From: Saprospiraceae bacterium
GTDB lineage: Bacteria; Bacteroidota; Bacteroidia; Chitinophagales; Saprospiraceae
Length of the DNA: 64,000 nt
Direction of reading: 5' to 3'
Assembly (NCBI GenBank): GCA_046329325.1
Contig: JAXLUU010000001.1
Location: 1,305,997 to 1,369,996, forward strand
Every line of letters starts with the position of its first letter. Position 1 is the stretch's first letter. The translations under genes were made by a program, and so were the position numbers. Shown here in pieces: positions 17,590-27,448 of this stretch. The notes below the pieces were generated by a model. That model did no database searches and was not told the origin of the DNA. It saw only the letters and a program-made list of their open reading frames with translations.

Positions 17590-18948
17590 ATGTTACCTAC
17601 AAAACTTAGAGATCTCTTCAGACAACGGATAGCGGTCATTGTAATTATCATCGGTATTTTGTTGCAAACATGTAATAAAAGTTCAAATCTAGGCTCAGAT
17701 TTATTATCTGACGAATGGATTAATGCAAGTGGACTTGATACATTTAGCCTAAGCATGGAGCCCTATGTTCAGGACAGCCTTGTTTACGCAAGTGCAGGCT
17801 TTCCAAACACATTTTTTGCTGGTTCTGTGAAGGATCCTTATTTCGGCACGCTCGAATCGGAGATTTATACTCAGCTATATTTTGCAATAACAAACGAAAC
17901 CGATTTTTTAACACGCCCAATTGACTCTGTTGTATTAAGTCTGCGATATGATTCAACTTCTTATTTTGGACAGCCTGATGCAGTAAATGGTATTCATGTA
18001 CATACACTGACCGACACGCTCTATCTATCAAAAACTTATTACAAGAATGAAGTTATTCATCATTATGATCCTAATGAATTAGGGTCTGTCAAAAACTTTA
18101 TTCCTAATCTAAGAGACTCTGTCAAATTTAACATCAACAGCGTTGAGTATACCTATGCACCTCAGCTCAGGATTCCGCTTGATACTGCCAAATTCATGGG
18201 TATCCTCAGAGCGTTTGATGATTCGGTTTTTACCAGCCTGACTTATTTCACCAATGCATTTCCAGGCATCGCTATTCATTCAGATGCGACTCAGGCACTT
18301 TTGGCAATAGCCCTGACCAATACAGACAGTCGAATCACGATCTATTATAATCCTACAGATACTACCAAAGGAACATTTGAGTTTAACCTGGGCCTGATGA
18401 GGATATCCACCAACCGCAATAATAATGCGGGTAGCCGTGCAGAGCAGTTTGAGCTAGGAACCAATCTTTCGGACAGCCTTTCTTATATTGGTGGATTTGG
18501 TGGCGTTGATACGAGAATTAAAATACCTTATCATAAATCCTGGGACAGTCTTCTTGTAAATTATGCTGTGCTTGAACTTGTCAGCCCCGAACAACCAACT
18601 GACCCCTCCAGTATCTATAAAAGACCTCCGGTACTCAATTTGAAAGAAGTTAGTTCTGGTAAACCGGCCAGTATCGTAGATGCTTTATATGCTTCTTCAT
18701 TTAACAATACCAGTGATTTCATTAGATATTTCGGAGGAGCACCCATCCAAAGTGTAATAAACGGAGAAACTGTGTACAAATACCGCTTTAATATTACCGG
18801 GTATTTTACTGAAATGAAGAAACAGAAAAAAGATTTGGACATTATTGCAACTTCATTGGCCAAAACACAGAGCCCCAACAGGCTTGTTGTGGGCGGACCC
18901 AAACATGAGCGATATCCCGCCAAGTTAATACTGGTTTTGTCTCAATAA
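17590..18948 (+). CDS. DUF4270-like lipoprotein
   Basis: 452-aa ORF with signal/lipobox (GILLQTC). As I recall, its position between the short glycogen-synthase-like gene and glmS is a conserved Bacteroidota arrangement. Confidence 0.5.
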   Translation: MLPTKLRDLFRQRIAVIVIIIGILLQTCNKSSNLGSDLLSDEWINASGLDTFSLSMEPYVQDSLVYASAGFPNTFFAGSVKDPYFGTLESEIYTQLYFAITNETDFLTRPIDSVVLSLRYDSTSYFGQPDAVNGIHVHTLTDTLYLSKTYYKNEVIHHYDPNELGSVKNFIPNLRDSVKFNINSVEYTYAPQLRIPLDTAKFMGILRAFDDSVFTSLTYFTNAFPGIAIHSDATQALLAIALTNTDSRITIYYNPTDTTKGTFEFNLGLMRISTNRNNNAGSRAEQFELGTNLSDSLSYIGGFGGVDTRIKIPYHKSWDSLLVNYAVLELVSPEQPTDPSSIYKRPPVLNLKEVSSGKPASIVDALYASSFNNTSDFIRYFGGAPIQSVINGETVYKYRFNITGYFTEMKKQKKDLDIIATSLAKTQSPNRLVVGGPKHERYPAKLILVLSQ

Positions 18949-18972
18949 AAACATATTATATTTACACTTAAT

Positions 18973-20811
18973 ATGTGTGGAATTGTCGCTTATATAGGAA
19001 CCAAGAGGGCTTATCCGGTACTGATCGAGGGACTACAGCGATTGGAATACAGAGGATACGACAGCGCAGGCATTGCCCTCATGAATGGCGGAATAAAGGT
19101 TTTCAAAAAGAAAGGAAAAGTACAGGAGCTTATCGATCATACATCTGGAATGGAACTTAACAGCCGGATGGGTATGGGACATACTCGCTGGGCAACTCAT
19201 GGCAAACCTGATGATATCAATGCACATCCTCACTTCAGCAATACCCAACATCTCGCAATCATTCACAACGGCATCATCGAAAACTATGCGACCCTTAAAG
19301 AGGCATTGAAAAGATATGGATGCACTTTTAAAAGTGAGACTGATACCGAGGTGCTGGTTCAACTGATCGAAATCATACAAAAAACAGAGAACCTTAAACT
19401 TGTCGATGCCGTTCGCTCGGCACTTTCAAAAGTTGTTGGTGCCTATGCCATTGTGGTGATGGACGCGAATGAACCTGATATCATTGTAGGAGCAAGGAAG
19501 TCAAGTCCACTTGTAGTAGGAATAGGTGAAGGCGAATATTTCATAGCATCAGATGCAACACCTATAATACAATATACCAATAAAGTCATATACCTCAATG
19601 ACGAAGAGGTTGTTGAAATCTCACTATCCAACGGGATACAAGTAACAACCATCGGCAATGAGCCTCAAAAACCGGAAGTTCATGAACTCGAAATGAGTAT
19701 TGACCAGATCGAAAAAGAAGGTTTTGCTCATTTTATGTTAAAAGAAATTCATCAGCAGCCCATTACCATTGCTGACTGTATGCGAGGAAGGCTAAACCCG
19801 GTAGAAGGTTGGGCCCGGCTAGGTGGTCTTGAAGAATACGCCAATCGAATATCCAATGCCAGAAGAGTAATTATTGCTGCCTGCGGCACCAGTTGGCATT
19901 CTGCTCTGATTGGTGAATATCTCATTGAAGAGCTGGCAAGAATACCGGTTGAAGTGGAGTATGCTTCGGAATTCAGGTACAGAAATCCGATCCTGGGTCC
20001 ACAAGATGTTGTTATACTGATATCACAATCCGGCGAAACAGCGGATACACTGGCAGCAGCAGAACTAGCAATAGAAAAAGGGGCATTCGTCTATGGGATC
20101 GTTAATGTAGTTGGTTCAAGCATCGCGAGACTTTGTCCATCAGGATCCTATATCCATTGCGGGCCAGAAATTGGTGTAGCATCAACCAAGGCGTTTACAG
20201 GTCAGGTGGCCTTATTAACTTTGATTGCACTGGTGTTGGGTCAAAAAAACGGCTCACTGAGTAATTCATATTATCATCAGCTTATTGCCGAGCTCGCGCA
20301 AATTCCATCAAAAGTTTCCGAAGTGTTAGAGCTTGATGACAAAATTTCATTTATTGCCAGTGAGATCAAGAATACCAATAATGCATTATATCTTGGGCGT
20401 GGTTATAATTTTCCAGTTGCACTTGAAGGAGCATTAAAACTGAAGGAAATTTCCTACATCCATGCAGAAGGATACCCCGCTGCGGAAATGAAGCACGGGC
20501 CAATTGCATTGATTGATGAAAAAATGCCTGTCATCGTAATCGCAACGAATCAAAGCGCATATGAAAAAATAGTCTCCAACATTCAGGAAATCAAGGCGAG
20601 AAAAGGGTTGGTCATCGCCATCGTTGCCCAGGGGGATAAGGAAATCGTGAAGATGGCTGATTACTATATTGAAATACCATCAACCATAGAACCTTTAACC
20701 CCACTGTTGTCCGTCATACCACTTCAATTATTGTCATATCACATTGCTGTGATGAGGAACTGTGATGTGGATCAACCAAGAAATTTAGCAAAATCAGTAA
20801 CTGTAGAATAA
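18973..20811 (+). CDS. glmS: Glutamine--fructose-6-phosphate aminotransferase (isomerising)
   Basis: 612 aa. N-terminal nucleophile MCGIVAY, two SIS domains, C-terminal ...LAKSVTVE. Confidence 0.95.
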   Translation: MCGIVAYIGTKRAYPVLIEGLQRLEYRGYDSAGIALMNGGIKVFKKKGKVQELIDHTSGMELNSRMGMGHTRWATHGKPDDINAHPHFSNTQHLAIIHNGIIENYATLKEALKRYGCTFKSETDTEVLVQLIEIIQKTENLKLVDAVRSALSKVVGAYAIVVMDANEPDIIVGARKSSPLVVGIGEGEYFIASDATPIIQYTNKVIYLNDEEVVEISLSNGIQVTTIGNEPQKPEVHELEMSIDQIEKEGFAHFMLKEIHQQPITIADCMRGRLNPVEGWARLGGLEEYANRISNARRVIIAACGTSWHSALIGEYLIEELARIPVEVEYASEFRYRNPILGPQDVVILISQSGETADTLAAAELAIEKGAFVYGIVNVVGSSIARLCPSGSYIHCGPEIGVASTKAFTGQVALLTLIALVLGQKNGSLSNSYYHQLIAELAQIPSKVSEVLELDDKISFIASEIKNTNNALYLGRGYNFPVALEGALKLKEISYIHAEGYPAAEMKHGPIALIDEKMPVIVIATNQSAYEKIVSNIQEIKARKGLVIAIVAQGDKEIVKMADYYIEIPSTIEPLTPLLSVIPLQLLSYHIAVMRNCDVDQPRNLAKSVTVE

Positions 20812-21480
20812 ATGGGTATACATCAAATTACATTTAGTTACAACACCGAGGAGAGTGAAATAAAAATGCCTGAATATGGCAGAAATGTGCAGGCTTTAAT
20901 CAATGTTTGTAAACGGATAGTAGATGATTACGAGCGACAAGGTTATGCAGAGGCAATTGTAGACCTTATGCAAAACATAACACCTTACAACAGAAATTAC
21001 GAAGAGCACAGAAAAAAACTGTGGCATCATTTTTTCAGAATTGCCAATTATGATATCAAAGTAAGTCCGCCTGCCGGAATTGAAATATCTCCAGAATCAG
21101 ACGCCATAAAACCGGACAGAATTGCATATCCAACTGCAACGGACAGATATCGCCATTACGGTGCCTACGTCAGTAAAATGATTGATAGAGCGAGAAAAAT
21201 TGATGATCCTGACAAGAAGAAGGCATTTGCCATGGTGATTGCGGGCTATATGAAAACGGCTTTCAGGAACTGGAACAGGGAGCATTTTATCAGTGACGAA
21301 AGTATCAAAGATGATCTCGCCAACATGAGTCATCGTGAGCTGGTGATATCAAATGATGTTGCTCTTGAAATTAATGAAGGTGTGCCAAGACATTTGCGTC
21401 AAAGGACTTTTCATAAAGGCGGCAAAAATCAGAAATTCAACAACAAGAATAAATTTAAGAAAAACAACCGCAGGGGATAA
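20812..21480 (+). CDS. DUF4290-like protein with basic C-terminal tail
   Basis: 222 aa. YNTEESEIKMPEYGRNVQ motif recalled from DUF4290. Starts immediately after the glmS stop. Confidence 0.55.
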   Translation: MGIHQITFSYNTEESEIKMPEYGRNVQALINVCKRIVDDYERQGYAEAIVDLMQNITPYNRNYEEHRKKLWHHFFRIANYDIKVSPPAGIEISPESDAIKPDRIAYPTATDRYRHYGAYVSKMIDRARKIDDPDKKKAFAMVIAGYMKTAFRNWNREHFISDESIKDDLANMSHRELVISNDVALEINEGVPRHLRQRTFHKGGKNQKFNNKNKFKKNNRRG

Positions 21481-21560
21481 AGAAACCTGTAAATACTTAG
21501 GTCAGGTGATCGCGGAAGCATCATTTACTACCACACCAGATCACATTAAAAAATAAACAA

Positions 21561-22307
21561 ATGTGCAAAGTACCCAATAAAGTAGCACTGGTCACCGGAG
21601 GATCCAGAGGCATTGGTTCATCCATTGTGAGAAAGTTAATCAAGAACGGAGCCAGGGTCGCATTTACTTATTTGAGCTCGCCGGAGAAAGCAGAACAACT
21701 TGTCCGGGATGTTTCAGCAGACCCCGGAATGATAAAGGCTTACCAGTCAGATGCATCAGATTTCAGCCAGAGCAAAGAACTGATCCAGCAGGTCATCCAG
21801 GATTTTGGCACCATAGATATCCTTGTCAACAACGCCGGAGTGACCAGAGATAACCTTATTATGAGAATGACCGAGGAGCAATGGGACGAAGTCATCAGGA
21901 TTAATCTAAAGTCTGCATTTAATCTAAGCAAGTTTGCAGTGACGCCTATGATGAAACAGCGCAGTGGAAGTATCATTAACATAACTTCTGTAGTAGGCGT
22001 ATTCGGTAATGCCGGACAGTCCAATTACGCAGCCTCGAAAGCAGGAATGATCGGATTTACAAAATCACTTGCAAAGGAGGTTGCCTCAAGAAATATCCGA
22101 TGTAATGCCGTTGCTCCCGGTTTTATCGAAACGGAAATGACGCATGTGCTAGATGAAAAAACAAAAGAAAATTTCTTGAAAAACATTCCATTGGGTCGAA
22201 TGGCAACTGGTGATGAAGTGGCTGATGTTGTAACATTCCTGGCCTCAGAGCAATCATCCTATATCACCGGGCAGGTTCTGAGTGTGTGTGGTGGGCTAAA
22301 CATCTGA
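21561..22307 (+). CDS. fabG: 3-oxoacyl-[acyl-carrier-protein] reductase
   Basis: 248 aa [11 protein letters not shown] cofactor motif, NNAG, catalytic YAASKAG (YxxxK). Confidence 0.9.
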   Translation: MCKVPNKVALVTGGSRGIGSSIVRKLIKNGARVAFTYLSSPEKAEQLVRDVSADPGMIKAYQSDASDFSQSKELIQQVIQDFGTIDILVNNAGVTRDNLIMRMTEEQWDEVIRINLKSAFNLSKFAVTPMMKQRSGSIINITSVVGVFGNAGQSNYAASKAGMIGFTKSLAKEVASRNIRCNAVAPGFIETEMTHVLDEKTKENFLKNIPLGRMATGDEVADVVTFLASEQSSYITGQVLSVCGGLNI

Positions 22308-22308
22308 T

Positions 22309-22788
22309 ATGCTGAACAAGGTCAGGTATCTGCGTGAAGTGTATACTGCTAAATTAAGACTGCTTAACCCGCTTGAGAAACCAAGGTGGGGTAAGATGAA
22401 TCCTGTACAGATGGTGGACCATATGATCTATGCTTTTCAATTGGCGAATGGTAAAATAAGCGTTGAACAGTTACTGACAAAAGAGGATCAAGTACCAAAG
22501 ATGCAAGAGTGGCTAACCAGTCCTAAAGCAATGAAAGAAAACTTTAACAATCCACTGATTCCACTAGACCCTCCTGAACCGCTCAATAATAATTTTGAAG
22601 AAAGTATAGGCGCGTTGCAAAATGAAATTGAAGATATGATTGATTTCTTTGCAAAAAGACCCGGAATCAAATTGTTGAATCCTTTTTTCGGCGAGCTGGA
22701 TTACAAACTTTATGTGAACCTTCTTTATAAACATGCATTACATCATCTCAGGCAATTCGGTATTGAAGAAGCATATATCGAAGATTAA
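22309..22788 (+). CDS. DinB/YfiT-like helical-bundle protein (DUF1569-like)
   Basis: 159-aa ORF, 1-nt gap after fabG. Family assignment from memory only (..WGKMNPVQMVDHM.. / ..HALHHLRQFG). Confidence 0.4.
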   Translation: MLNKVRYLREVYTAKLRLLNPLEKPRWGKMNPVQMVDHMIYAFQLANGKISVEQLLTKEDQVPKMQEWLTSPKAMKENFNNPLIPLDPPEPLNNNFEESIGALQNEIEDMIDFFAKRPGIKLLNPFFGELDYKLYVNLLYKHALHHLRQFGIEEAYIED

Positions 22789-22797
22789 TTAAATACG

Positions 22798-24843
22798 ATG
22801 AAAATAAAGAGCTACGTCGTCAATGAATGGGTTGAAGGGCTGGGAGCCGGAAAGCGATTGTTAAATGCTGTCAACGGTGAAGAAATAGGGACGGTTAGTG
22901 CGGAAGGGATTTCTGTTGAAATGATGCTAACACATGCTCGTGAGAAAGGGGGTCTGGCGCTTCGAAAAATGAGTTTTCAGGAACGCGGCAGAATGCTGAA
23001 GTCGCTGGCATTATTCCTCACAGAAAAGAAGTCAAATTACTACCCCATAAGTTATAAAACAGGTGCAACCAAGACAGACTCATGGATAGATATTGACGGA
23101 GGGATCGGGACCTTGTTCGCATATTCAAGCCTGCGGCGAAAACTACCCAATCAGAGTTATTGTCTGGACGGTGATCTTGCCCCACTTTCGAAATCCAACA
23201 CGTTTATAGGACATCACATACTCACACCTAAGAAAGGGGTAGGTATTCATATTAATGCATTTAATTTTCCAGTTTGGGGGATGCTTGAAAAAATTTCAGT
23301 CAATCTACTAGCCGGTGTCCCAGCAATTGTCAAACCCGCTACGCTCAGCTGCTATCTTGCGCAAGCTGTCGTAAAAGATATAATAGATTCCGGTATATTA
23401 CCAGAAGGATCTCTTCAGCTCATTTGTGGTTCGATTGGTGACCTGTTTGATCATTTGCAAAATCAGGATGTCGTTACTTTTACGGGTTCTGCTTCAACCG
23501 GTCGTAAACTTAAAGTACATCCAAGGATTATCTCAGAAAGTATTCCATTTAACATGGAAGCAGACTCACTCAACTGTTCAGTACTAGGACAAGATGCCAG
23601 ACCCGGAACACCGGACTTTGATATTTTCATTAAGGAAGTACACAGGGAAATGACTGCAAAATGCGGACAAAAGTGTACTGCCATACGACGGGTAATTGTG
23701 CCTGAAGAATATATTGATGCGGTTCATACTGCACTTGCAGCGAGACTGGACAAGACTATCATTGGTGATCCATTCCTTGAAGAAGTAAAAATGGGATCTC
23801 TCGCCGGGTTAGAGCAACTAGATGAAGTGCGAGAAAAAGTGGCAAAACTTTCTCAATTGACACCGATTATTTACGGGAATCCAACATCAGTACAGGTAAA
23901 AGGGGAAAAAACGGAATATGGTGCTTTTATTTCACCAATGATCATGCTTAACGATCAGCCGTTTAGTAAGACAGCATCGCATGATGTTGAGATTTTTGGT
24001 CCGGTCAGTACGATCATGCCTTATAAAAATGTGGATGAAGCCGTTGCCCTGGCTCAAATGGGGAAAGGCTCCTTAGTGTCTTCAATCGTGACGTCGGATA
24101 CCAACACTGCACGAACTTTTGTAATTGAAGCAGGTGCTTACCATGGTCGGATCCTCATTCTAAATGAGGCATGTGCCAAAGAGAGCACAGGCCATGGATC
24201 ACCGATGCCATTATTGACTCATGGTGGTCCAGGCAGGGCCGGTGGTGGAGAAGAAATGGGTGGATTAAGAGGTATTAAACACTACATGCAACGAACAGCC
24301 ATTCAAGGTTCACCTGATATGATAACAGCGGTAACAGAACAATTTCAGCCGGGAGCCAGCGGTAGGGAAAGTGAGGTTCATCTTTTCAGAAAACACTTTG
24401 AAGAGCTTCAGGTAGGTGATCAATGGATCACGGCACGTCATACTGTTACAGAAACCGACATTACCAACTTTGCCAATCTCAGCGGAGATCATTTTTATGC
24501 GCACATGGACGCCACTTCTCTTGAAGGAACAATTTTTACAGGAAGGGTGGCACATGGCTATTACATTTTATCCAAAGCCGCCGGTCTTTTTGTTGACGCA
24601 AAAAAGGGGCCGGTCCTTCTGAATTACGGGTTGGACGAATGCCGGTTTATTAAGCCGGTATATCCGGGAATGACGATTGGGGTCAAATTAACCGTCAAGG
24701 AAAAAACGGACCAGGAGAAAAAAAATTCCGAGGATATTGCCAAGGGAATTGTTAAATGGCATGTTGATGTATATGATGAGACGGGTGAATCAGTAGCCAT
24801 TGCCAGTATACTGACGATGGTCAAAAAATTAAATGACCTATAA
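22798..24843 (+). CDS. paaZ: Bifunctional aldehyde dehydrogenase / MaoC hot-dog hydratase (PaaZ-like)
   Basis: 681 aa. ALDH catalytic Cys context GQKCTAIRR. C-terminal MaoC-like domain (VTETDITNFANLSGDHFYAHMD). Confidence 0.7.
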   Translation: MKIKSYVVNEWVEGLGAGKRLLNAVNGEEIGTVSAEGISVEMMLTHAREKGGLALRKMSFQERGRMLKSLALFLTEKKSNYYPISYKTGATKTDSWIDIDGGIGTLFAYSSLRRKLPNQSYCLDGDLAPLSKSNTFIGHHILTPKKGVGIHINAFNFPVWGMLEKISVNLLAGVPAIVKPATLSCYLAQAVVKDIIDSGILPEGSLQLICGSIGDLFDHLQNQDVVTFTGSASTGRKLKVHPRIISESIPFNMEADSLNCSVLGQDARPGTPDFDIFIKEVHREMTAKCGQKCTAIRRVIVPEEYIDAVHTALAARLDKTIIGDPFLEEVKMGSLAGLEQLDEVREKVAKLSQLTPIIYGNPTSVQVKGEKTEYGAFISPMIMLNDQPFSKTASHDVEIFGPVSTIMPYKNVDEAVALAQMGKGSLVSSIVTSDTNTARTFVIEAGAYHGRILILNEACAKESTGHGSPMPLLTHGGPGRAGGGEEMGGLRGIKHYMQRTAIQGSPDMITAVTEQFQPGASGRESEVHLFRKHFEELQVGDQWITARHTVTETDITNFANLSGDHFYAHMDATSLEGTIFTGRVAHGYYILSKAAGLFVDAKKGPVLLNYGLDECRFIKPVYPGMTIGVKLTVKEKTDQEKKNSEDIAKGIVKWHVDVYDETGESVAIASILTMVKKLNDL

Positions 24844-24853
24844 GGAGTGAGCG

Positions 24854-25861
24854 ATGGAAATGATGACCAAACAACACCTAGTTCAGCAAAATGGATTTCT
24901 CGATATTGAAGTTGATCCTTCGCTGGATCTGATTACAGAAATTACTAAATTAAAAAAAGAGAAAAAAGCAGTCATTCTTGCACACTACTATCAGGAATCT
25001 GAAATTCAGGACATTGCGGATTTTGTCGGGGATAGTCTTCAGTTGTCACAGGCAGCTGCCAAAACAGAAGCTGAAATTATCGCATTTGCTGGTGTTCATT
25101 TCATGGCCGAGACTGCTAAAATATTATCGCCTCAAAAGAAAGTTTTAATTCCTGACCTCAATGCAGGTTGCTCATTATCAGATTCATGTCCAGCACCACT
25201 GTTTGCCAAGTTTAAAGAGAGATACCCGGATCATATCGTGGTCAGCTATGTCAATTGCAGCGCTGAACTAAAAACCCTGACTGATATTTGCTGTACTTCA
25301 TCCAATGCAGTGCATGTGATCAACAGTATTCCGAAGGAGCGTGGAATAATTTTTGCACCTGACAAAAACCTGGGGGCATATCTGGAGAAGACAACCGGCA
25401 GGAATATGGTCTTGTGGAACGGTGCCTGTATGGTACATGAGATTTTCAGCAGAGAAAGAATTGTCAAGCTTATGCATCGGCACCCGGTGGCAAAAGTGAT
25501 CGCACATCCTGAATGTGAAGAAGCCGTTCTGCAACTGGCGGATTATATCGGGTCCACCAGTGGATTACTTAATTATACAATAAAATCTGAAGCAAAAGAG
25601 TTTATAGTTGTTACAGAAGCAGGTATTCTACACCAGATGCAAAAAGCAAATCCAGGAAAGGATTTTATACCAGCTCCACCCAACAATCATTGCTCCTGTA
25701 ACGAATGTCCGCACATGAAACGAAATACTTTGGAAAAATTATACCTTTGCCTTAAGTACGAAATCCCTGAAATAAACTTATCAGAAAAGGTAATTACTGA
25801 CGCGAGAACATGTATTAATAGAATGCTAGAAATTAGTGACAAAGCCGGATTAAAAATTTAG
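24854..25861 (+). CDS. nadA: Quinolinate synthase
   Basis: 335 aa. [18 protein letters not shown], three conserved Cys regions. Typical NadA length. Confidence 0.9.
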   Translation: MEMMTKQHLVQQNGFLDIEVDPSLDLITEITKLKKEKKAVILAHYYQESEIQDIADFVGDSLQLSQAAAKTEAEIIAFAGVHFMAETAKILSPQKKVLIPDLNAGCSLSDSCPAPLFAKFKERYPDHIVVSYVNCSAELKTLTDICCTSSNAVHVINSIPKERGIIFAPDKNLGAYLEKTTGRNMVLWNGACMVHEIFSRERIVKLMHRHPVAKVIAHPECEEAVLQLADYIGSTSGLLNYTIKSEAKEFIVVTEAGILHQMQKANPGKDFIPAPPNNHCSCNECPHMKRNTLEKLYLCLKYEIPEINLSEKVITDARTCINRMLEISDKAGLKI

Positions 25862-25866
25862 AATCG

Positions 25867-26505
25867 ATGTTTATAAGGAAAATTTTATTTGGAGTTTTTG
25901 GTATCAGCTGGCTGATATCCTGCAAAAACGAAACAGCGGACCCAGTAGAAGTTTGTTTTGAAAGGGATGTACTTCCAATATTAAGCAATTCCTGTGCCTA
26001 TAATGATTGCCATAATCCGGATGACCGCGCGGGAGGTATCCAGTTGACGACCTATAATGGTGTATTAAGAGCAGTAACCCCCAATAATTATCGAGCGAGT
26101 AAATTATATACAGCCATGGTTACTTTTCCGGTGATGCCTCCAAAGCCATATGATCGCCTTGGTGTCGAAGACCTCTCGATCATCGCAGCATGGATTGAGC
26201 AAGGTGCGAAAAATAACAGCTGTCCCCCTGCCAACTGTGATACCACTAATGTTAGTCTAAGCGCTGACGTTCGACCAATATTATCTAAGTATTGCGGAGG
26301 ATGTCATCTGACCAATAATCCTCAGGGAAATGTAGATTTCCGAACTTATGACGATCTGCGCATTTATGTGGATGATGGCTCTCTGACAGGAAGTATTAAT
26401 CACATTTCGCCCTGGAGTCAAATGCCTAAGGGTTCAGGCAAAATTCCTGCCTGCTCCATCAACATTATTGATGCCTGGTTACACAACGGCGCGCTTAACA
26501 ATTAA
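25867..26505 (+). CDS. Lipoprotein with two cytochrome-c-like Cys/His motifs (PSCyt-like)
   Basis: Signal/lipobox LISC. One canonical CxxCH (CGGCH) and one CxxxxCH (CAYNDCH), in two internally similar halves. Confidence 0.55.
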   Translation: MFIRKILFGVFGISWLISCKNETADPVEVCFERDVLPILSNSCAYNDCHNPDDRAGGIQLTTYNGVLRAVTPNNYRASKLYTAMVTFPVMPPKPYDRLGVEDLSIIAAWIEQGAKNNSCPPANCDTTNVSLSADVRPILSKYCGGCHLTNNPQGNVDFRTYDDLRIYVDDGSLTGSINHISPWSQMPKGSGKIPACSINIIDAWLHNGALNN

Positions 26506-26526
26506 TAAGCCATTTTACACAGAAGT

Positions 26527-27426
26527 ATGAAAAATCTATTTATAATCAGCCTAATTTTTTCTGCAACACTGAATCTTATCCATGCGCAATCGATGCTGGA
26601 TGAAATTGATAATGAGATACCTACAGAGAAGGCACTCAATGCTTTCAAATCCACCCGTGTCATCAACAGCCATAGTATGGAAATGCTTCCGTACGGTGCG
26701 CTTGACTTCAGAATTCTTCACCGATTCGATTACATCAGTACTGGCGTGGATAATTTTTTCGGACTTGACAATGCAAGGACCATGAGACTTGGGCTGGACT
26801 ACGGAATATTGGATAATTTGTCCGTAGGTATTGGAAGATCAACGTATAAAAAAGAAATTGATGGATTCGCCAGATACCGATTATTATGGCAATCCAAAGG
26901 TAAAAAATCAATTCCTGTCTCTGTCGTTTATACCGTAGGATTTGTTTATCAAAGCCAGAAGAATAATATTTTCAGCGACCCTGATGTAACCGCCAATTTT
27001 TCCCGAAGATTATCTTATTATCATCAGGTTATTATTGGCAGAAAATTCAGTGAAAGGTTTACACTTCAGCTTTCACCAATTCTTGTTCATTCAAACTATG
27101 TTGAAAACGCACTAGACCCCAATAATTTATTTGCGCTGGGGCTGGGAACAAGATACAAGATTACCAAGCGATTTGCCGTGCTGATAGATTATACCTATCC
27201 TTTTAATTCCTTTCCATTCAGACCACTCAATCATCCTTTGTCCATAGGTGTAGATATTGAAACAGGCGGGCATGTGTTTCAATTGCATTTTTCAAATTCT
27301 CCCGGCGTAACAGAAAGAGCTTACATCAGGGACCAGAACGGAGATTGGTTTAATGGTGATATCGGATTTGGTTTCAACATATCCAGATTATTTCAGATTA
27401 CCCATCACAAGATTGAGGGACTATAG
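26527..27426 (+). CDS. Outer-membrane beta-barrel protein (DUF5777-like, from memory)
   Basis: 299 aa. Signal peptide ...LIHAQS. Alternating beta-strand pattern. Confidence 0.5.
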   Translation: MKNLFIISLIFSATLNLIHAQSMLDEIDNEIPTEKALNAFKSTRVINSHSMEMLPYGALDFRILHRFDYISTGVDNFFGLDNARTMRLGLDYGILDNLSVGIGRSTYKKEIDGFARYRLLWQSKGKKSIPVSVVYTVGFVYQSQKNNIFSDPDVTANFSRRLSYYHQVIIGRKFSERFTLQLSPILVHSNYVENALDPNNLFALGLGTRYKITKRFAVLIDYTYPFNSFPFRPLNHPLSIGVDIETGGHVFQLHFSNSPGVTERAYIRDQNGDWFNGDIGFGFNISRLFQITHHKIEGL

Positions 27427-27448
27427 ATTATAACAGGTATTTAAAATA

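Noticed and set aside
18949-18972. Possible glmS ribozyme upstream of glmS.
   Set aside because: The gap is only 24 nt, far too short for the ribozyme, and that element is known mainly from Gram-positive bacteria.
21353-21556. 67-aa plus-strand ORF bridging the DUF4290-like gene and fabG.
   Set aside because: It overlaps the 3' end of the DUF4290-like gene out of frame and has no supporting signals.
24718-24725. A8 runs in paaZ (24718-24725) and in the TPR gene (~36013-36020), considered as recoding sites like those in dnaX.
   Set aside because: They sit in the middle of folded domains, where a truncated product has no known precedent. They mainly serve as a warning that A8 runs occur by chance in this AT-rich, Lys-rich coding sequence.
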